Made by a program: the position numbers and the translations under genes
Notes under the pieces: generated by a model
Seen by the model: the letters and a program-made list of their open reading frames with translations, nothing else
What the model was told of the DNA's origin: nothing
Databases searched by the model: none
Shown here: piece by piece, positions 25,489-36,518 of the stretch
Layout: each line of letters opens with the position of its first letter
Numbering within the stretch: the stretch's first letter is position 1
Source: Candidatus Omnitrophota bacterium
GTDB taxonomy: Bacteria; Omnitrophota; Gorgyraeia; Gygaellales; Profunditerraquicolaceae
Reading direction: 5' to 3'
Assembly (NCBI GenBank): GCA_023227985.1
Contig: JALOCB010000001.1
Span: 1,431-65,430 of the forward strand
DNA length: 64,000 nucleotides

Positions 25489-26094
25489 TTATTTTGTATC
25501 CTTAAGTATCTGCTCAACTTTAGGCTTAACTTGCGTTTGGAGGTATTGCACCAGGGCTTTTTCGCTGAAATCAAAATGTGACTTGCCCGCGTCGAAACTG
25601 ATCATGAACCCGGCGCGGATATCATCCCCCTGCCTTAACTCTATCCCGTTCTTAAGCTCGTTTTTAAGTTTATTCAGGAAATGCCCTTCCAATTTGCTTT
25701 TATCCGGGGCGCTCAGATATACCACAGCCTGTTTCCCTCCCTGGCCGCAGCATTCCTTAATGATCCCGGAGATCATCTGCGAAAGCTCTTCGGCAGTTAA
25801 GGCCACAGCGACATCTTTGACTATAACCCGCTCCAATAATCCCAGTATACCTTCTTTAAGGCCGAGCAGAAAGTCCCTGCCTGCCTGCTGAAGCTCCGCG
25901 CGGGAACTTTCCTTCAGGCGCTCGACTTTTTCTTGAGCGTCCTCAACGATCTTCTTGGCCTGCGCCTGGGCCTTGCGCACGATCATATCGGCCTCTTCCT
26001 GCGCCTGTTTCTCAATCTGGGCCGCTTTTTCCTGGGCGGCCACAACGCCTTCCTGGTTTATTTTTTCAATAAGTTCTTTGATCTGGTCTGACAT
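25489..26094 (-). CDS. atpE: V-type ATP synthase subunit E
   Basis: 201 aa, highly charged helical N-terminus (IEKQAQEEADMIVRKAQAQAKKIVEDAQEK). Operon position. Confidence 0.7.
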   Translation of the reverse strand: MSDQIKELIEKINQEGVVAAQEKAAQIEKQAQEEADMIVRKAQAQAKKIVEDAQEKVERLKESSRAELQQAGRDFLLGLKEGILGLLERVIVKDVAVALTAEELSQMISGIIKECCGQGGKQAVVYLSAPDKSKLEGHFLNKLKNELKNGIELRQGDDIRAGFMISFDAGKSHFDFSEKALVQYLQTQVKPKVEQILKDTK

Positions 26095-26112
26095 AAAACA
26101 CCTTTCTATTTT

Positions 26113-26796
26113 TTACCCCGTCTCATTGATAATGCTTTTTGCGGCCTGAAGCGGATCTTCCGCCTCGGTTATCGGCCGACCCACTACAATGTAATTAGCT
26201 CCGGCGGCAATCGCGTCTTTTGGGGTAGCTATCCGCTTCTGATCACCCGCCTCGGCGCCTTTCGGCCTGATTCCCGGAGTAACAATAACAAAATTATTGC
26301 CGCAAGCTTTACGGACAGCCTTAGCTTCATGCACCGAGCAAACCACTCCGTCCAGACCCGCCTTCTTAGCCAGTTTCGCCCGGCGGACCACTTCGGATTT
26401 GGTGTTCATTCCCGATTTGTCGCTGGTCAGGACCGTGATCCCCAATAAGATAGGCTTCTTGATCTTCAGTCTTGCCGCCTCTTCCTGGGCTGCCTGCGCC
26501 GCCCGGCAGAGCATCTCTTCGCCTCCCGATGTATGCAGGGTAAACATCTTGACCCTTAACCCGGCAGCCTGGCGCACTGCATTAGCCACTGTATTAGGTA
26601 TATCGTGGAATTTCAGGTCCAGAAAAACCTCAGCGCCTTTCTTCCGCGCCATCTCGATAACTTTCGGTCCATAGGCGGTAAAAAGCACCGGGCCGATCTT
26701 AAAGACCTTTATCCGCGGGTAAAGCATCTCAACAAAACGCCGGGCTGTTTTTAAATCTTTAGTATCTAAAGCGATGATTGTTTTAACTGCGGTCAT
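26113..26796 (-). CDS. pyrF: Orotidine 5'-phosphate decarboxylase
   Basis: IIALDTKDL...KVFKIGPVLF...LDLKFHDIPNTV: PyrF motifs including the active-site DxK. Confidence 0.85.
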   Translation of the reverse strand: MTAVKTIIALDTKDLKTARRFVEMLYPRIKVFKIGPVLFTAYGPKVIEMARKKGAEVFLDLKFHDIPNTVANAVRQAAGLRVKMFTLHTSGGEEMLCRAAQAAQEEAARLKIKKPILLGITVLTSDKSGMNTKSEVVRRAKLAKKAGLDGVVCSVHEAKAVRKACGNNFVIVTPGIRPKGAEAGDQKRIATPKDAIAAGANYIVVGRPITEAEDPLQAAKSIINETG

Positions 26797-27707
26797 TCTT
26801 TCAAACTCCCGGTCAAAGCTTTGATATTCTTTATCCTGTTTGCCCTTAAATATTTACCCAGGCCCTCTATGATCTCGCTGGAGCTGCCGGGATCGACAAA
26901 ATTAGCCGTACCCACGCTCACCGCGCTTGCCCCGGCAATAATGAATTCCAGGGCGTCCTCAGAAGTCATTATCCCCCCGATTCCGATGATAGGTGTCTTT
27001 ACTTTCTTATAAACCTCTCTGACCATACGAACTGCTATCGGCTTGATCGCCGGGCCGCTCAAACCGCCTGTTCCCATAGCGATCTTCGGCCTTCTTTTAT
27101 TTATATCGATGCTCATCCCGTAAACGGTGTTGATCAGCGCAAGGCAATCGCTGCCCGCTTTTTCCGCGGCCAGGGCGATCTCGGTGATATCGGCGACATT
27201 AGGCGAGAGTTTGGTGATCAGTGTTTTTCCGCAGGCCTTGCGCACAGCCTTGACCAGGCTATAAGTGGCTTCCGGGTCCTGGGACACCAATTTGTTCTTT
27301 TTCAGGTTGGGGCAGGAAATATTCAATTCCAGGGCGGCAATACCGTCCAGCTTGTCCAACCGCCTGGCCAGGGAAACGAATTCTTGTGGATCGGTTTCCG
27401 AGGCTATGCTGACGATCACCGGAACCCCGGATTTTCTCAGAACCGGCAGTTTCTCCTCAATAAACGCTTCTATGCCCGGGTTCTCCAGGCCAATGGAATT
27501 AAGCATCCCCGCAGGTGTTTCACATGTACGCGGAGCGGGATTACCCTGCCGAGGGTTAATAGTAACAGTCTTTGAGACCACTGCGCCCAATTTTTTCAGA
27601 TCAAGTAAATCCGCGAATTCCTCGGCATAACCAAAAGTTCCGGAAGCGGCCATCACCGGATTCTTTAATTTCAGTTTTCCTAAACTGACAGACATGTCTT
27701 GTTTCAT
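26793..27707 (-). CDS. pyrD: Dihydroorotate dehydrogenase catalytic subunit (class 1B)
   Basis: LKNPVMAASGTFGY...NSIGLENPG...LELNISCPN: PyrD family 1 motifs. Confidence 0.85.
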   Translation of the reverse strand: MKQDMSVSLGKLKLKNPVMAASGTFGYAEEFADLLDLKKLGAVVSKTVTINPRQGNPAPRTCETPAGMLNSIGLENPGIEAFIEEKLPVLRKSGVPVIVSIASETDPQEFVSLARRLDKLDGIAALELNISCPNLKKNKLVSQDPEATYSLVKAVRKACGKTLITKLSPNVADITEIALAAEKAGSDCLALINTVYGMSIDINKRRPKIAMGTGGLSGPAIKPIAVRMVREVYKKVKTPIIGIGGIMTSEDALEFIIAGASAVSVGTANFVDPGSSSEIIEGLGKYLRANRIKNIKALTGSLKE

Positions 27708-27722
27708 TTTAAGCCCGCTTTT

Positions 27723-28913
27723 TTAAAAACTCGGCTCGACGCAAAACACCTTATATTTATTGAAATCCTTTAATCCGCCCTGGATAAAACTGAGGTTAGT
27801 CAGATACTTCAGCTTAAACCAGGTCCAGAATTCCGATCTCGGTTCCATATCGAAATTCCACCTGACATACAGATACGCATAGCGCCAGGTCAAAAGAAAA
27901 GCCAGCAGCGTGAAGAGCAGCCATCCTAAGCCTCCGGCGATAAAACTGAAAACCAGCCCGAGCAGGAATAAAACGGCCCAGGCGTGCATTAAATGAAAGT
28001 TCCCCAGGTATATGAACCCCCTGACCGGGGAAGGTATTTTTATCGACGGGCAGCCTTTCAAGTTCTGAAAGATCACTTGAAGGGCGTTCTTCTTCACATA
28101 TTTCTCGATCAACGGCAGATGCGCCTGTCCGTAAGTAACCCAGACTTTCCTTAACGCCTTAAGGTCTGCCCGGTGCATATGATCAACCTTGGCCAGGGGA
28201 GCAAAATAGAATTTCCAGCCCTTAGACCGGTGTTGATAGCTCAAGTCCATATCCTCGCCAGTAGGCCTTTCCCAGAACTTGGCGCCGATCTCTTTCATCG
28301 CGCTCCTGCGGTAAGCCACGTTGCAAGTGCCGAAGAAATACGCCTTATGCCCGCCTATATCGCAAGGGCTGGGCTCCTTGGGAAAATCCGGGTAATAACC
28401 CTCTTTAATAAAGCCATACCGGGGAGAGACCATATTGAAGCGGAAATGCTGGCACCAGGCCTCAACCATATTATTCGGATCGACCTTCAGGGTATACACC
28501 TCTCCCCCTACCGCGGCTATCTTCGGGTCACGGTTGAAATGCTTGATCATTTCATTTATCCAGCTTTTATCCGGGGCGCAGTCTCCGTCGGTAAAGAAAA
28601 GAAATTCCCCCTTTACCACGCCCAGGGCCTTGTTCCTGGCAAACCCCGGGGAAGGACAGTTCGGGACTTCCACCAATTTAATGAACGGATATTTCTTCTG
28701 CCAATTTTGAATGATCTGTATCGTTTTATCGCTGGAGCCGCCGTCCACTATGACCCATTCCCAGCTATCATGGGAATAATCCACGTTAAGCAGGTATTCG
28801 AATGATTTCTCAATAGTGCGCTCAAAATTCTTGACCGGGATAATGATGGAAACAAACGGTGATTGAGGCATCTTTCCCCTCCTTGCATACGTATGCAACA
28901 CCGGCGTTTCCAA
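27723..28913 (-). CDS. Family 2 glycosyltransferase with C-terminal transmembrane region
   Basis: SIIIPVKNFERTI...VIVDGGSSDKT (GT2 DxD region). Hydrophobic C-terminal third. Confidence 0.7.
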   Translation of the reverse strand: METPVLHTYARRGKMPQSPFVSIIIPVKNFERTIEKSFEYLLNVDYSHDSWEWVIVDGGSSDKTIQIIQNWQKKYPFIKLVEVPNCPSPGFARNKALGVVKGEFLFFTDGDCAPDKSWINEMIKHFNRDPKIAAVGGEVYTLKVDPNNMVEAWCQHFRFNMVSPRYGFIKEGYYPDFPKEPSPCDIGGHKAYFFGTCNVAYRRSAMKEIGAKFWERPTGEDMDLSYQHRSKGWKFYFAPLAKVDHMHRADLKALRKVWVTYGQAHLPLIEKYVKKNALQVIFQNLKGCPSIKIPSPVRGFIYLGNFHLMHAWAVLFLLGLVFSFIAGGLGWLLFTLLAFLLTWRYAYLYVRWNFDMEPRSEFWTWFKLKYLTNLSFIQGGLKDFNKYKVFCVEPSF

Positions 28914-28944
28914 GAACGCCGGGTGTGATTATATACACCCACCC

Positions 28945-29745
28945 TCACCACACTATTTCTTCGCCGCGAAAAACCGGGCCTTCTTTACAGACCCTCTTAA
29001 AACCTTCGGTTGTGTTCACCACACAGCCCAGGCAGGCGCCGATCCCGCAAGACATATGCTCCTCAAGGGACATCTGGGCTGGAATTTTATGCTTTGCGCT
29101 GATCCGGGAGACTTCTTTTAACATAGGCCTGGGGCCGCAGGCGTAGATAATCGATAGCCGATAATCGATAGTCGATAGTAATTTCTCCAGCAACTCAGTG
29201 ACCCTTCCGTGAAAACCGCGGGAGCCGTCATCGGTGGCGATCTTAACAACACAACCCTTTTTCTTGAATTCTTTTTCGCAGAGGATATGTTCCGCGCTGC
29301 GGCTGCCGATAAGCACCAGCGGCAAGCGGTTTGCGGCAAGCGGTTTGCGCGAAACCAGTTCTTGCGCCAGAAAATTCAACGGCGCTACCCCCATTCCACC
29401 GCAAACAAGTATATGCCGGCGCTCAGATATATCCTTTGCCTTATAATCAAACCCCTTGCCCAAAGGCCCTATTATATCCAGTTCTTGCGCAGGCCGCATA
29501 GCGGAAAGGATCTTTGTCGCTGGGCCCAGGGCTTCATAAAGGATCTCAAGCTTTTGCCCGGAAACAGCATGGATACTCAACGGCCTGCGCAGAAGCGGCG
29601 CAGCGGGTCCATTTACCCGGAGCATAATGAACTGCCCGGGGCGGGCGATACGGCTTAAACTCCCCGCGTCTAGAACAAGACGGTAATAAGCGCCGTTGAT
29701 CCGGCAATTACTTCGAATTTTTATTTTCTTTTGTAATACGTTCAT
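28945..29745 (-). CDS. pyrK: Dihydroorotate dehydrogenase electron-transfer subunit (FAD/[2Fe-2S])
   Basis: RPGQFIMLRV (FAD-binding), YACGPRPML, C-terminal CGIGACLGCVV cluster motif. Confidence 0.8.
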   Translation of the reverse strand: MNVLQKKIKIRSNCRINGAYYRLVLDAGSLSRIARPGQFIMLRVNGPAAPLLRRPLSIHAVSGQKLEILYEALGPATKILSAMRPAQELDIIGPLGKGFDYKAKDISERRHILVCGGMGVAPLNFLAQELVSRKPLAANRLPLVLIGSRSAEHILCEKEFKKKGCVVKIATDDGSRGFHGRVTELLEKLLSTIDYRLSIIYACGPRPMLKEVSRISAKHKIPAQMSLEEHMSCGIGACLGCVVNTTEGFKRVCKEGPVFRGEEIVW

Positions 29746-30412
29746 ATCTTTCAGCCAAGAAAACGATCACAATGAAATAAAGCAGGAATATGGCCAGCAA
29801 AACAGCCAAATCCGCCACAATGGTCCATTGGTTCCCGGCTCGGATATCCTCCCAGGATTCGACTATCAGGGCTGCGCAGAGCACTATCAGAATGCTGGGC
29901 AGCTCTCTTTTAAACCAGCTTAATTTTACCGGCAGGCAATCCGCTATATCGGTCCTGAGCAAAAAACCCGGATCAGGCAGTAAGCGCGGCACCCTGCGCA
30001 TATAATCCTTATATTCTTCGCCGAAACCGTTTAATAAGACCTTTTCTTCGCTGATTATCACATGCACGTAACGCAGGATAAAAATTAACGCGAATATCGC
30101 GAATACCCAGGGATGAAAAACGAACAGGACCACGCCTGAACCGATCAGTATTATGCCCAGGTACATCGGGTTCCTGACCAGTGAATACGGCCCGCTGGTG
30201 AGCAAAGAATGCCCGCTGCGGGAAAGTTCCGCCTTATAACCGCGGCTGGAAACCCGCAACAGCTGGCCCAAAAGGATCAACCCCATCCCAAAGATCTCAA
30301 CCAGATCATCCCACGGTCCAGGGGTATGCCGGATAAGTTTGAAGATAAAAAAAGAGCAGATTAAAATAGTAAAAAAGATAAAAATGCCGTTTACCTTTAT
30401 GCGCTTCTTCAT
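29708..30412 (-). CDS. Isoprenylcysteine carboxyl methyltransferase (ICMT)/phospholipid methyltransferase family membrane protein
   Basis: LVRNPMYLGIILIGSGV...EEKVLLNGFGEEYKDYMRRVPRLLP matches the ICMT/PEMT C-terminal motif. Start placed at the Met whose ATG overlaps the mutM stop as TGATG. Confidence 0.6.
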   Translation of the reverse strand: MKKRIKVNGIFIFFTILICSFFIFKLIRHTPGPWDDLVEIFGMGLILLGQLLRVSSRGYKAELSRSGHSLLTSGPYSLVRNPMYLGIILIGSGVVLFVFHPWVFAIFALIFILRYVHVIISEEKVLLNGFGEEYKDYMRRVPRLLPDPGFLLRTDIADCLPVKLSWFKRELPSILIVLCAALIVESWEDIRAGNQWTIVADLAVLLAIFLLYFIVIVFLAERYERITKENKNSK

Positions 30413-31212
30413 TATTTTTGACAGCGGGGACAAAAACAAGTCCCCCGGCCTCCCATAGCGATCTTCTTGATCACGGTTTTACATGCCATACACGGCTTGC
30501 CCTGCCTGCCGTAAACCTTGTGCTTACGGCTGTAATCTCCTCGTTTGCCTGAAACACGCACATAATCGTCGATCGAGGACCCGCCGCATTTTATCGCCTC
30601 ATCCAGGACCGCGACTATCTCTTTAAACAACAGCGTTTTTTCCGCTTCCGCAAGGCTGACTGCCGACCTTTCCGGGTTTATTTTAGCACGAAATAGTATT
30701 TCTGCAGCGTAAAGATTTCCTATGCCGGCAATAAAGGTCTGATCCATTAAAAGCGGCTTGATCCGCGTCTTTCTGCCGGAAAGAAGTTTTTTAAAACTCC
30801 GGATGGTCAGATCAAACGGCTCCGGGCCCAATTCCTTGATGAATTTTAACTCTCGCCAATCATCCAAAAGCCGTAATTCCGCAAACAGCCGCTGGTCGTT
30901 AAAATCCAATGTATTATTGCCGGATAACCTGAAGCTGACCCTGCTAGTTTTTCCATTTCCGGGATAAACCAATTGGCCGGTCATTTTAAGATGAACTGTC
31001 AGGGCTTTACCGTTGGAAAGCTCAAGTATAAGAACCTTGGCCCGGCGCAGGATTCTTTTTATGACCGCGTTCCTTAAACCTGCCGCGAACTGCGTTGGCC
31101 CGGGCTGGCGGATCACCGCGGGGTTATTTATGGCCACACCGAGGATCTTTCTCCCCAGCACAGTTCCTTCCAAGTCCCGCTTTATAGTCTCTACTTCAGG
31201 AAGTTCCGGCAT
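30412..31212 (-). CDS. mutM: Formamidopyrimidine-DNA glycosylase
   Basis: MPELPEVETIKRDL (catalytic N-terminal Pro/Glu). C-terminal zinc finger C..C...CPRCQ. Confidence 0.85.
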   Translation of the reverse strand: MPELPEVETIKRDLEGTVLGRKILGVAINNPAVIRQPGPTQFAAGLRNAVIKRILRRAKVLILELSNGKALTVHLKMTGQLVYPGNGKTSRVSFRLSGNNTLDFNDQRLFAELRLLDDWRELKFIKELGPEPFDLTIRSFKKLLSGRKTRIKPLLMDQTFIAGIGNLYAAEILFRAKINPERSAVSLAEAEKTLLFKEIVAVLDEAIKCGGSSIDDYVRVSGKRGDYSRKHKVYGRQGKPCMACKTVIKKIAMGGRGTCFCPRCQK

Positions 31213-31229
31213 TGTCTTATCGGGTTTGC

Positions 31230-31625
31230 CTAACCGCTGATAAATTTAACCCATAGCTCTCTTAGCCGTGGCCCATCGCTCTCGCAAAAATAAATCCCCT
31301 GCCACGCGCCTAACATCAATTGGCGGTTTTCCACTATAATAGAAAGACTCTGGCCAAATATGGAAGATTTAATATGGCTGTCGGAATTACCTTCGCTATG
31401 GGTATAACCGCCGGACAAAGGGACAAGTTTAGTAAAAGCGGCGAGCATATCTTCTTTCACCGCGGGGTCAGCATTCTCATTTATAGTCAGGCCAGCGGTT
31501 GTATGCGGGCAGAACAGAACACATAGGCCATCGGGAACGGCACATTTCTCCGCTATCCCCCTTATTTTCTCAGTAATATCCACAAATTCCATGCGGTTCT
31601 TGGTCTTGATCTCTATCTTTTCCAT
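31230..31625 (-). CDS. yjbQ: YjbQ/UPF0047 family protein (secondary thiamine-phosphate synthase-like)
   Basis: 131 aa. CPHTTAGLTINENAD and GYTHSEGNSDSH motifs of UPF0047. Confidence 0.7.
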   Translation of the reverse strand: MEKIEIKTKNRMEFVDITEKIRGIAEKCAVPDGLCVLFCPHTTAGLTINENADPAVKEDMLAAFTKLVPLSGGYTHSEGNSDSHIKSSIFGQSLSIIVENRQLMLGAWQGIYFCESDGPRLRELWVKFISG

Positions 31626-31630
31626 ACGGA

Positions 31631-34600
31631 CTATTTAGACATCTTCTTATGATAATCCTGGATCGACCTTACCTCCAACTCTTTCTTTATCAGCGTTTCG
31701 ATACCGTTAACCGTTGCCTGAGCCCCGGAGATCGTGGTAGTGTACGGTATATTATAAAGGACCACATACGAACGGATCTTAAGCTCATCCTGCCGGGGGA
31801 TCCTGCCTGAAGGGGTATTGATGACCATTTGGATCTTGCCGTCTTTCATCAGGTCCAGTATATTCGGCCGGCCTTCGGAAAGTTTGGGCAGGATCTTCAC
31901 GTCTATCCCGTTCTTTTCCAGCGCCGCGGCTGTCCCGGAAGTCGAATAAACCTGGAATCCAAGGTCAACCAGCTTCTTGGCGATGAACACCACCGCCCTT
32001 TTATCCCGGTCGCGCACTGAAATAAACACATTGCCTTTCTTAGGCAGGTTCTGCCCGGCGGCGATCTGGCTCTTTATATATGCCCTGCCGAAATCCTTGT
32101 CGATGCCCATGACCTCGCCGGTAGATTTCATCTCCGGCCCCAGGATAACATCCACTCCCGGGAAACGGTTAAAAGGGAATACCGATTCCTTGACCGCAAC
32201 ATGCTTAGTAACAATCTCTTTAGTGAACCCCAGATCCTTGAGCTTCTTTCCTAACATTACCTTGGTCGCCAGTTTTGCCAGAGGCAGGCCGATGGCCTTG
32301 GAAACAAAAGGCACGGTCCTGGACGCGCGCGGATTGACCTCCAGCACATAAATTTTTTCATCCTTGACCGCGTATTGCACGTTCATTAACCCGACAACAT
32401 TAAGTTCTTTGGCCATTTTATAAGTGGCTTCGCGGATCTTATTCACCAGCCCCTGCGATAACGTGTATGCGGGAAGGACCATCGCCGAATCCCCGGAATG
32501 AATACCCGCCTCTTCGATATGCTCCATGATCCCGCCAATGACAAAAGTACTGCCGTCGCCGATCACATCCACATCCACCTCGATGGCGTCTTCCAGGAAC
32601 TTGTCGATCAATATCGGATGTTCCCCGGAGACTTTAGCCGCCTCGATAATGAACCTTTCCAAGAGGCTTTCGTCATAAACGATCTCCATTGCCCGGCCGC
32701 CCAGGACATAAGAAGGCCTGACTAACACCGGGTACCCTATCTTCCGGGCTACTATTTTAGCCTCTTCAAAATTAAAAGCGGTTCCGTTCTCCGGCTGCAG
32801 AAGATCAAGTTTATGCAACATCTCCTTGAATTTTTTCCGGTCTTCGGCGATATCGATGCTATCCGCGGTCGTGCCCAGGATATTTACCCCGGCCTTGCGC
32901 AAAGATAACGCCAGATTTATCGGTGTCTGGCCTCCGAACTGGACGATCACGCCCATCGGTTTTTCCAGCTCGATTATATTCATTATATCCTCAATGGTCA
33001 GCGGCTCGAAATAAAGGCGGTCAGACGTGTCGTAATCGGTCGAAACCGTCTCAGGGTTGCAATTGACCATAATGCTCTCTATGCCTTCTTCCTTCAGCGC
33101 ATATGCCGCATGGCAGCAGCAGTAATCGAATTCGATCCCCTGGCCGATACGATTCGGCCCGCCTCCTAAAATGATCACTTTTTTATCCTTGCCCGGCCGG
33201 CCTTCATCCTGGCTCTCATTAGTCAAGTAAACATACGGCTGCTTGGCGTTGAATTCGCCGGCGCAGGTATCTACTAATTTATACACCGCTTTCTTATTAT
33301 TCTTCTTCCTGTGTTCACGCACCTTACCCTCCCTGGAATTCAATAAATAGGCCAGTTGCCTGTCGGAAAAACCGTCCTGCTTGGCCTGCCCCAGGAGATC
33401 TGCGGGAAGCTTTATCTCATCCTCAGCCCGGTTATTCCTGAAGGCCTTGATCTTCTCCTCCATCTCCACCAGTTGTTTCATGTTATCAATAAACCAGCGG
33501 TCGATCCGGGAAGCCGCGTAGATATCGTCCACGGAAAACCCCGCTTTAAGCGCGTACCTTAAATAAAATATCCTTTCATCATTAGGGACGGTTATCTTAT
33601 CTTTGATCTCTTTGAGCAACCCGCTATCCGGATTTTTCAACGCTTCGTCGGATATTTTATCCTTACCATCCGCCCCGAAACCGAAACGGGATATCTCTAT
33701 GGAGCGTATCCCCTTTTGCAGCGCTTCTTTAAAATTCCTGCCGATAGACATAGCTTCGCCTACGGCTTTCATGGAGGTATTCAAAGCCCGGTCTGACCCC
33801 GGGAATTTCTCGAACGCGAACCTGCAGATCTTGAATACGCAATAATCAACCGTGGGCTCAAAGAAAGAAGTGGTCTTTCCGGTGATCTGGTTCATTACCT
33901 CCGGAAGTGTATAGCCTACGGCCAATTTTGTGGCTACCCTGGCTATGGGAAACCCGGTGGCTTTTGATGCCAGCGCCGATGACCGGGAAAGCCGGGGATT
34001 GACTTCGATTATCACAATATGTCCGTTATCCGGGTTCTGGCCGAACTGGATATTCGCCCCGCCTCCGGTAATCCCGACCCTGCGGATTATTTTTTTGGAA
34101 AGATTCACAAAATTAGTGTATTCTTCGGCGGTCAATGTCTGGGCGGGGGCAACCACCATGCTATCCCCGGTATGCACGCCCATAGGATCCACGTTCTCCA
34201 TCGAAGTGATCATGATCACATTATCCGCACAATCGCGCATTACCTCAAATTCGATCTCCTTCCAGCCAAGAACAGACTGCTCAACCAATATCTGATGCAC
34301 CGGGCTGGTCTCAAGCCCTTTGGCCAGAAAACGCTCCAATTCCTCCTTGTTATAGACAATAGACCCGCCGCTGCCGCCAAGGGTATAGGCGGGACGAAGT
34401 ATAAGGGGAAACCCTATGCCCAGGCCGATCTTCATCCCTTCTTCAACGCTGCAGGCGATGCCGCTTTTAGGAACAGCCAAACCGATCTCCTGCATGGCCT
34501 TTTTGAAGAGCAGCCGGTCTTCGGCGCAGGAGATAGCGTTGACCGACGCGCCTATTGATTCCACTCCGTACTTCTTCAATATCCCTTCCTTCATCAGGAA

Positions 34601-34900
34601 AAATGCCAGGTTTAAGCCGGTCTGTCCGCCCAGGGTCGGCAATATCGCATCCGGCCTTTCTTTGGCAATGATTTTGGTTACGTAATCGAACGACAAAGGC
34701 TCGATATAAGTTACGTCGGCCAACCCCGGATCGGTCATTATCGTCGCCGGATTTGAATTTACCAGAATGGTAAAATACCCTTCTTCTTTCAGGGCCTTGC
34801 ATGCCTGAGAACCTGAATAATCGAATTCACAGGCCTGGCCGATAACTATCGGGCCGGACCCGATCATAAGCACCTTTTTAATATCTTTGCGTCGAGGCAT
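31631..34900 (-). CDS. carB: Carbamoyl-phosphate synthase large subunit
   Basis: 1089 aa with duplicated ATP-grasp halves, oligomerisation domain and MGS-like C-terminus. Unmistakable CarB motifs throughout. Confidence 0.95.
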   Translation of the reverse strand: MPRRKDIKKVLMIGSGPIVIGQACEFDYSGSQACKALKEEGYFTILVNSNPATIMTDPGLADVTYIEPLSFDYVTKIIAKERPDAILPTLGGQTGLNLAFFLMKEGILKKYGVESIGASVNAISCAEDRLLFKKAMQEIGLAVPKSGIACSVEEGMKIGLGIGFPLILRPAYTLGGSGGSIVYNKEELERFLAKGLETSPVHQILVEQSVLGWKEIEFEVMRDCADNVIMITSMENVDPMGVHTGDSMVVAPAQTLTAEEYTNFVNLSKKIIRRVGITGGGANIQFGQNPDNGHIVIIEVNPRLSRSSALASKATGFPIARVATKLAVGYTLPEVMNQITGKTTSFFEPTVDYCVFKICRFAFEKFPGSDRALNTSMKAVGEAMSIGRNFKEALQKGIRSIEISRFGFGADGKDKISDEALKNPDSGLLKEIKDKITVPNDERIFYLRYALKAGFSVDDIYAASRIDRWFIDNMKQLVEMEEKIKAFRNNRAEDEIKLPADLLGQAKQDGFSDRQLAYLLNSREGKVREHRKKNNKKAVYKLVDTCAGEFNAKQPYVYLTNESQDEGRPGKDKKVIILGGGPNRIGQGIEFDYCCCHAAYALKEEGIESIMVNCNPETVSTDYDTSDRLYFEPLTIEDIMNIIELEKPMGVIVQFGGQTPINLALSLRKAGVNILGTTADSIDIAEDRKKFKEMLHKLDLLQPENGTAFNFEEAKIVARKIGYPVLVRPSYVLGGRAMEIVYDESLLERFIIEAAKVSGEHPILIDKFLEDAIEVDVDVIGDGSTFVIGGIMEHIEEAGIHSGDSAMVLPAYTLSQGLVNKIREATYKMAKELNVVGLMNVQYAVKDEKIYVLEVNPRASRTVPFVSKAIGLPLAKLATKVMLGKKLKDLGFTKEIVTKHVAVKESVFPFNRFPGVDVILGPEMKSTGEVMGIDKDFGRAYIKSQIAAGQNLPKKGNVFISVRDRDKRAVVFIAKKLVDLGFQVYSTSGTAAALEKNGIDVKILPKLSEGRPNILDLMKDGKIQMVINTPSGRIPRQDELKIRSYVVLYNIPYTTTISGAQATVNGIETLIKKELEVRSIQDYHKKMSK

Positions 34901-35988
34901 TATTTGCTCCTTTCTAACATCTTCACAAATCTATGGAATACCTGATTGATCTCGCCAAGCCCGGGGCTGGACGGTATATACTGCGCCCCAATGAACCGCA
35001 TCTTTTTGCTTTCGATCTCTTCAACGGTCCGGTCATTCAGATTATACTCAGTAACCTTTACATTCTTAATCTTAGCCAGGCTTTCATTGTCCACCGCATA
35101 AGAATGATTCTGACTGGTTATCTCGCCCTTATAAGAAGCCGGCTTATTTATAGGATAATTTACCCCGCGATGGCCTAATTTCATTTTCGTTATCTTAGCG
35201 CCGATACTCTGGGCTAAAACCTGATGCCCGCAGGAAATTCCCAGAACAGGGATCTTCCCGATCACCTTTTTCACGTTTTCCGCCACACCGGATAACCCGG
35301 GATCCTGCTCCGGGCCGTTCGAGATTATCAAACCCTGAAATTTAAGCCTCAGTATATCCTCGGGAACGGTATTGTACGGCAGCAAAGTTATTCCCATCCC
35401 CAATGCCTGCAACTGCCGGATCAGGCTGTTAGTCGCGCCGATATCCAATATAGCGATCTTTTTTGCTTTAGGTTTGGCTTTAGTCAAAACGGTTATTTTA
35501 CCGGTGGATATTTCCGGTAAGGCGCTTTCCGTCTCAGCCTTGTGAAAAGACTGCATCTTTGCAGACAACTCTTTAAGATCGAAACAATCGGTGGAAATGA
35601 TCCCGAGCATCTCGCCTTTCTGCCTTATATGCACGGTCAAAGTGCGCGTATCCACTTTTTGTATCGTAAGCAGTTTGTTCTCGGCGATAAACTGGTCAAA
35701 CCCGGCTTTAGCCTGCCAATTAGAATAAATATTGGCTTTTTCTTTGATCACCAGGCCGGAAAGCCAGACTTTCTTTGATTCATTGAATTTAGGCGCTACC
35801 CCGTAATTGCCGATCAAGGGATAAGTAAGCACCAGTATCTTGCCATGGTTTGCCGGGTCAGTCATCATTTCCTGATAACCCACGACAGCGGTATTTAAAA
35901 CCACCCCGGCGATCCGCTCGCCTTTTGCCTGATTAACCGACTCGCCCCAAAAAGAACGGCCGTCTTCCAGCATCAAAATAGCTTTCAT
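34900..35988 (-). CDS. carA: Carbamoyl-phosphate synthase small subunit (glutamine amidotransferase)
   Basis: 362 aa. Class I GATase triad region (GISCGHQ). 1-nt overlap with carB. Confidence 0.9.
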   Translation of the reverse strand: MKAILMLEDGRSFWGESVNQAKGERIAGVVLNTAVVGYQEMMTDPANHGKILVLTYPLIGNYGVAPKFNESKKVWLSGLVIKEKANIYSNWQAKAGFDQFIAENKLLTIQKVDTRTLTVHIRQKGEMLGIISTDCFDLKELSAKMQSFHKAETESALPEISTGKITVLTKAKPKAKKIAILDIGATNSLIRQLQALGMGITLLPYNTVPEDILRLKFQGLIISNGPEQDPGLSGVAENVKKVIGKIPVLGISCGHQVLAQSIGAKITKMKLGHRGVNYPINKPASYKGEITSQNHSYAVDNESLAKIKNVKVTEYNLNDRTVEEIESKKMRFIGAQYIPSSPGLGEINQVFHRFVKMLERSK

Positions 35989-35991
35989 AAC

Positions 35992-36450
35992 TTACTCCTG
36001 CGTTAGAATTTTTTTAACCTTGGCTATTGCCTGATCCGCTGTTTTAGCCTTGATCACTCCTTTTATGTCCCAGGAATTAAAACTAATAACCGGTATGCCG
36101 AATTGAAGGCAGTAAGCAATCTCAGAAAGAGTCCCGGCTTTTCCGGGTAAAGCTACGACCACGTCTGCGCTGGAAACAACCAGCACGTTCCTGGCTAATC
36201 CCATACCAGTAGGAATAACCAAATCCACATATTCATTAGCATCTTTTTTGCTGTAAGTTGGTATAATACCAATCGTTACACCTCCGCCAGCCTTAAACCC
36301 ATTGCAAACCGCCTTCATAGTTCCACTTAAACCGCCAGAAACGATAAAACCAGCCACTTTTGCCAATTTATAGCCTAAACTATGGGCCAATTGCTCCACT
36401 TTTGCCGTACAATCATGCCCACCTATAACACCAACTATTTTTTTACGCAT
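35992..36450 (-). CDS. TIGR00725/LOG-like Rossmann-fold protein
   Basis: 152 aa. GVIGGHDCT...GFIVSGGLSGTMKAV...LPGKAGTLSEIAY matches LOG/SLOG family motifs. Confidence 0.6.
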   Translation of the reverse strand: MRKKIVGVIGGHDCTAKVEQLAHSLGYKLAKVAGFIVSGGLSGTMKAVCNGFKAGGGVTIGIIPTYSKKDANEYVDLVIPTGMGLARNVLVVSSADVVVALPGKAGTLSEIAYCLQFGIPVISFNSWDIKGVIKAKTADQAIAKVKKILTQE

Positions 36451-36475
36451 TTTTCAAGACCCGATCTTCTAACTC
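36451..36475 (-). promoter_or_regulatory. Third copy of the conserved 22-nt palindromic motif (ttttcaagacccgatcttctaac), abutting the LOG-like ATG
   Basis: 21/22 nt identical to 4902-4923. On the - strand it reads GTTAGAAGATCGGGTCTTGAAAA immediately followed by ATG, with no SD. Confidence 0.4.
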
Positions 36476-36518
36476 TTTTATTTTCAGCGATTTGCAGCGC
36501 GAAGCTTTTTATTATTTA

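Noticed and set aside
29147-29183. gataatcgatagccgataatcgatagtcgatagtaat as a non-coding tandem repeat/minisatellite
   Set aside because: It lies inside the intact pyrK ORF and is translated in frame (TIDYRLSIIY). Reported as a curiosity in findings, not as a repeat feature.
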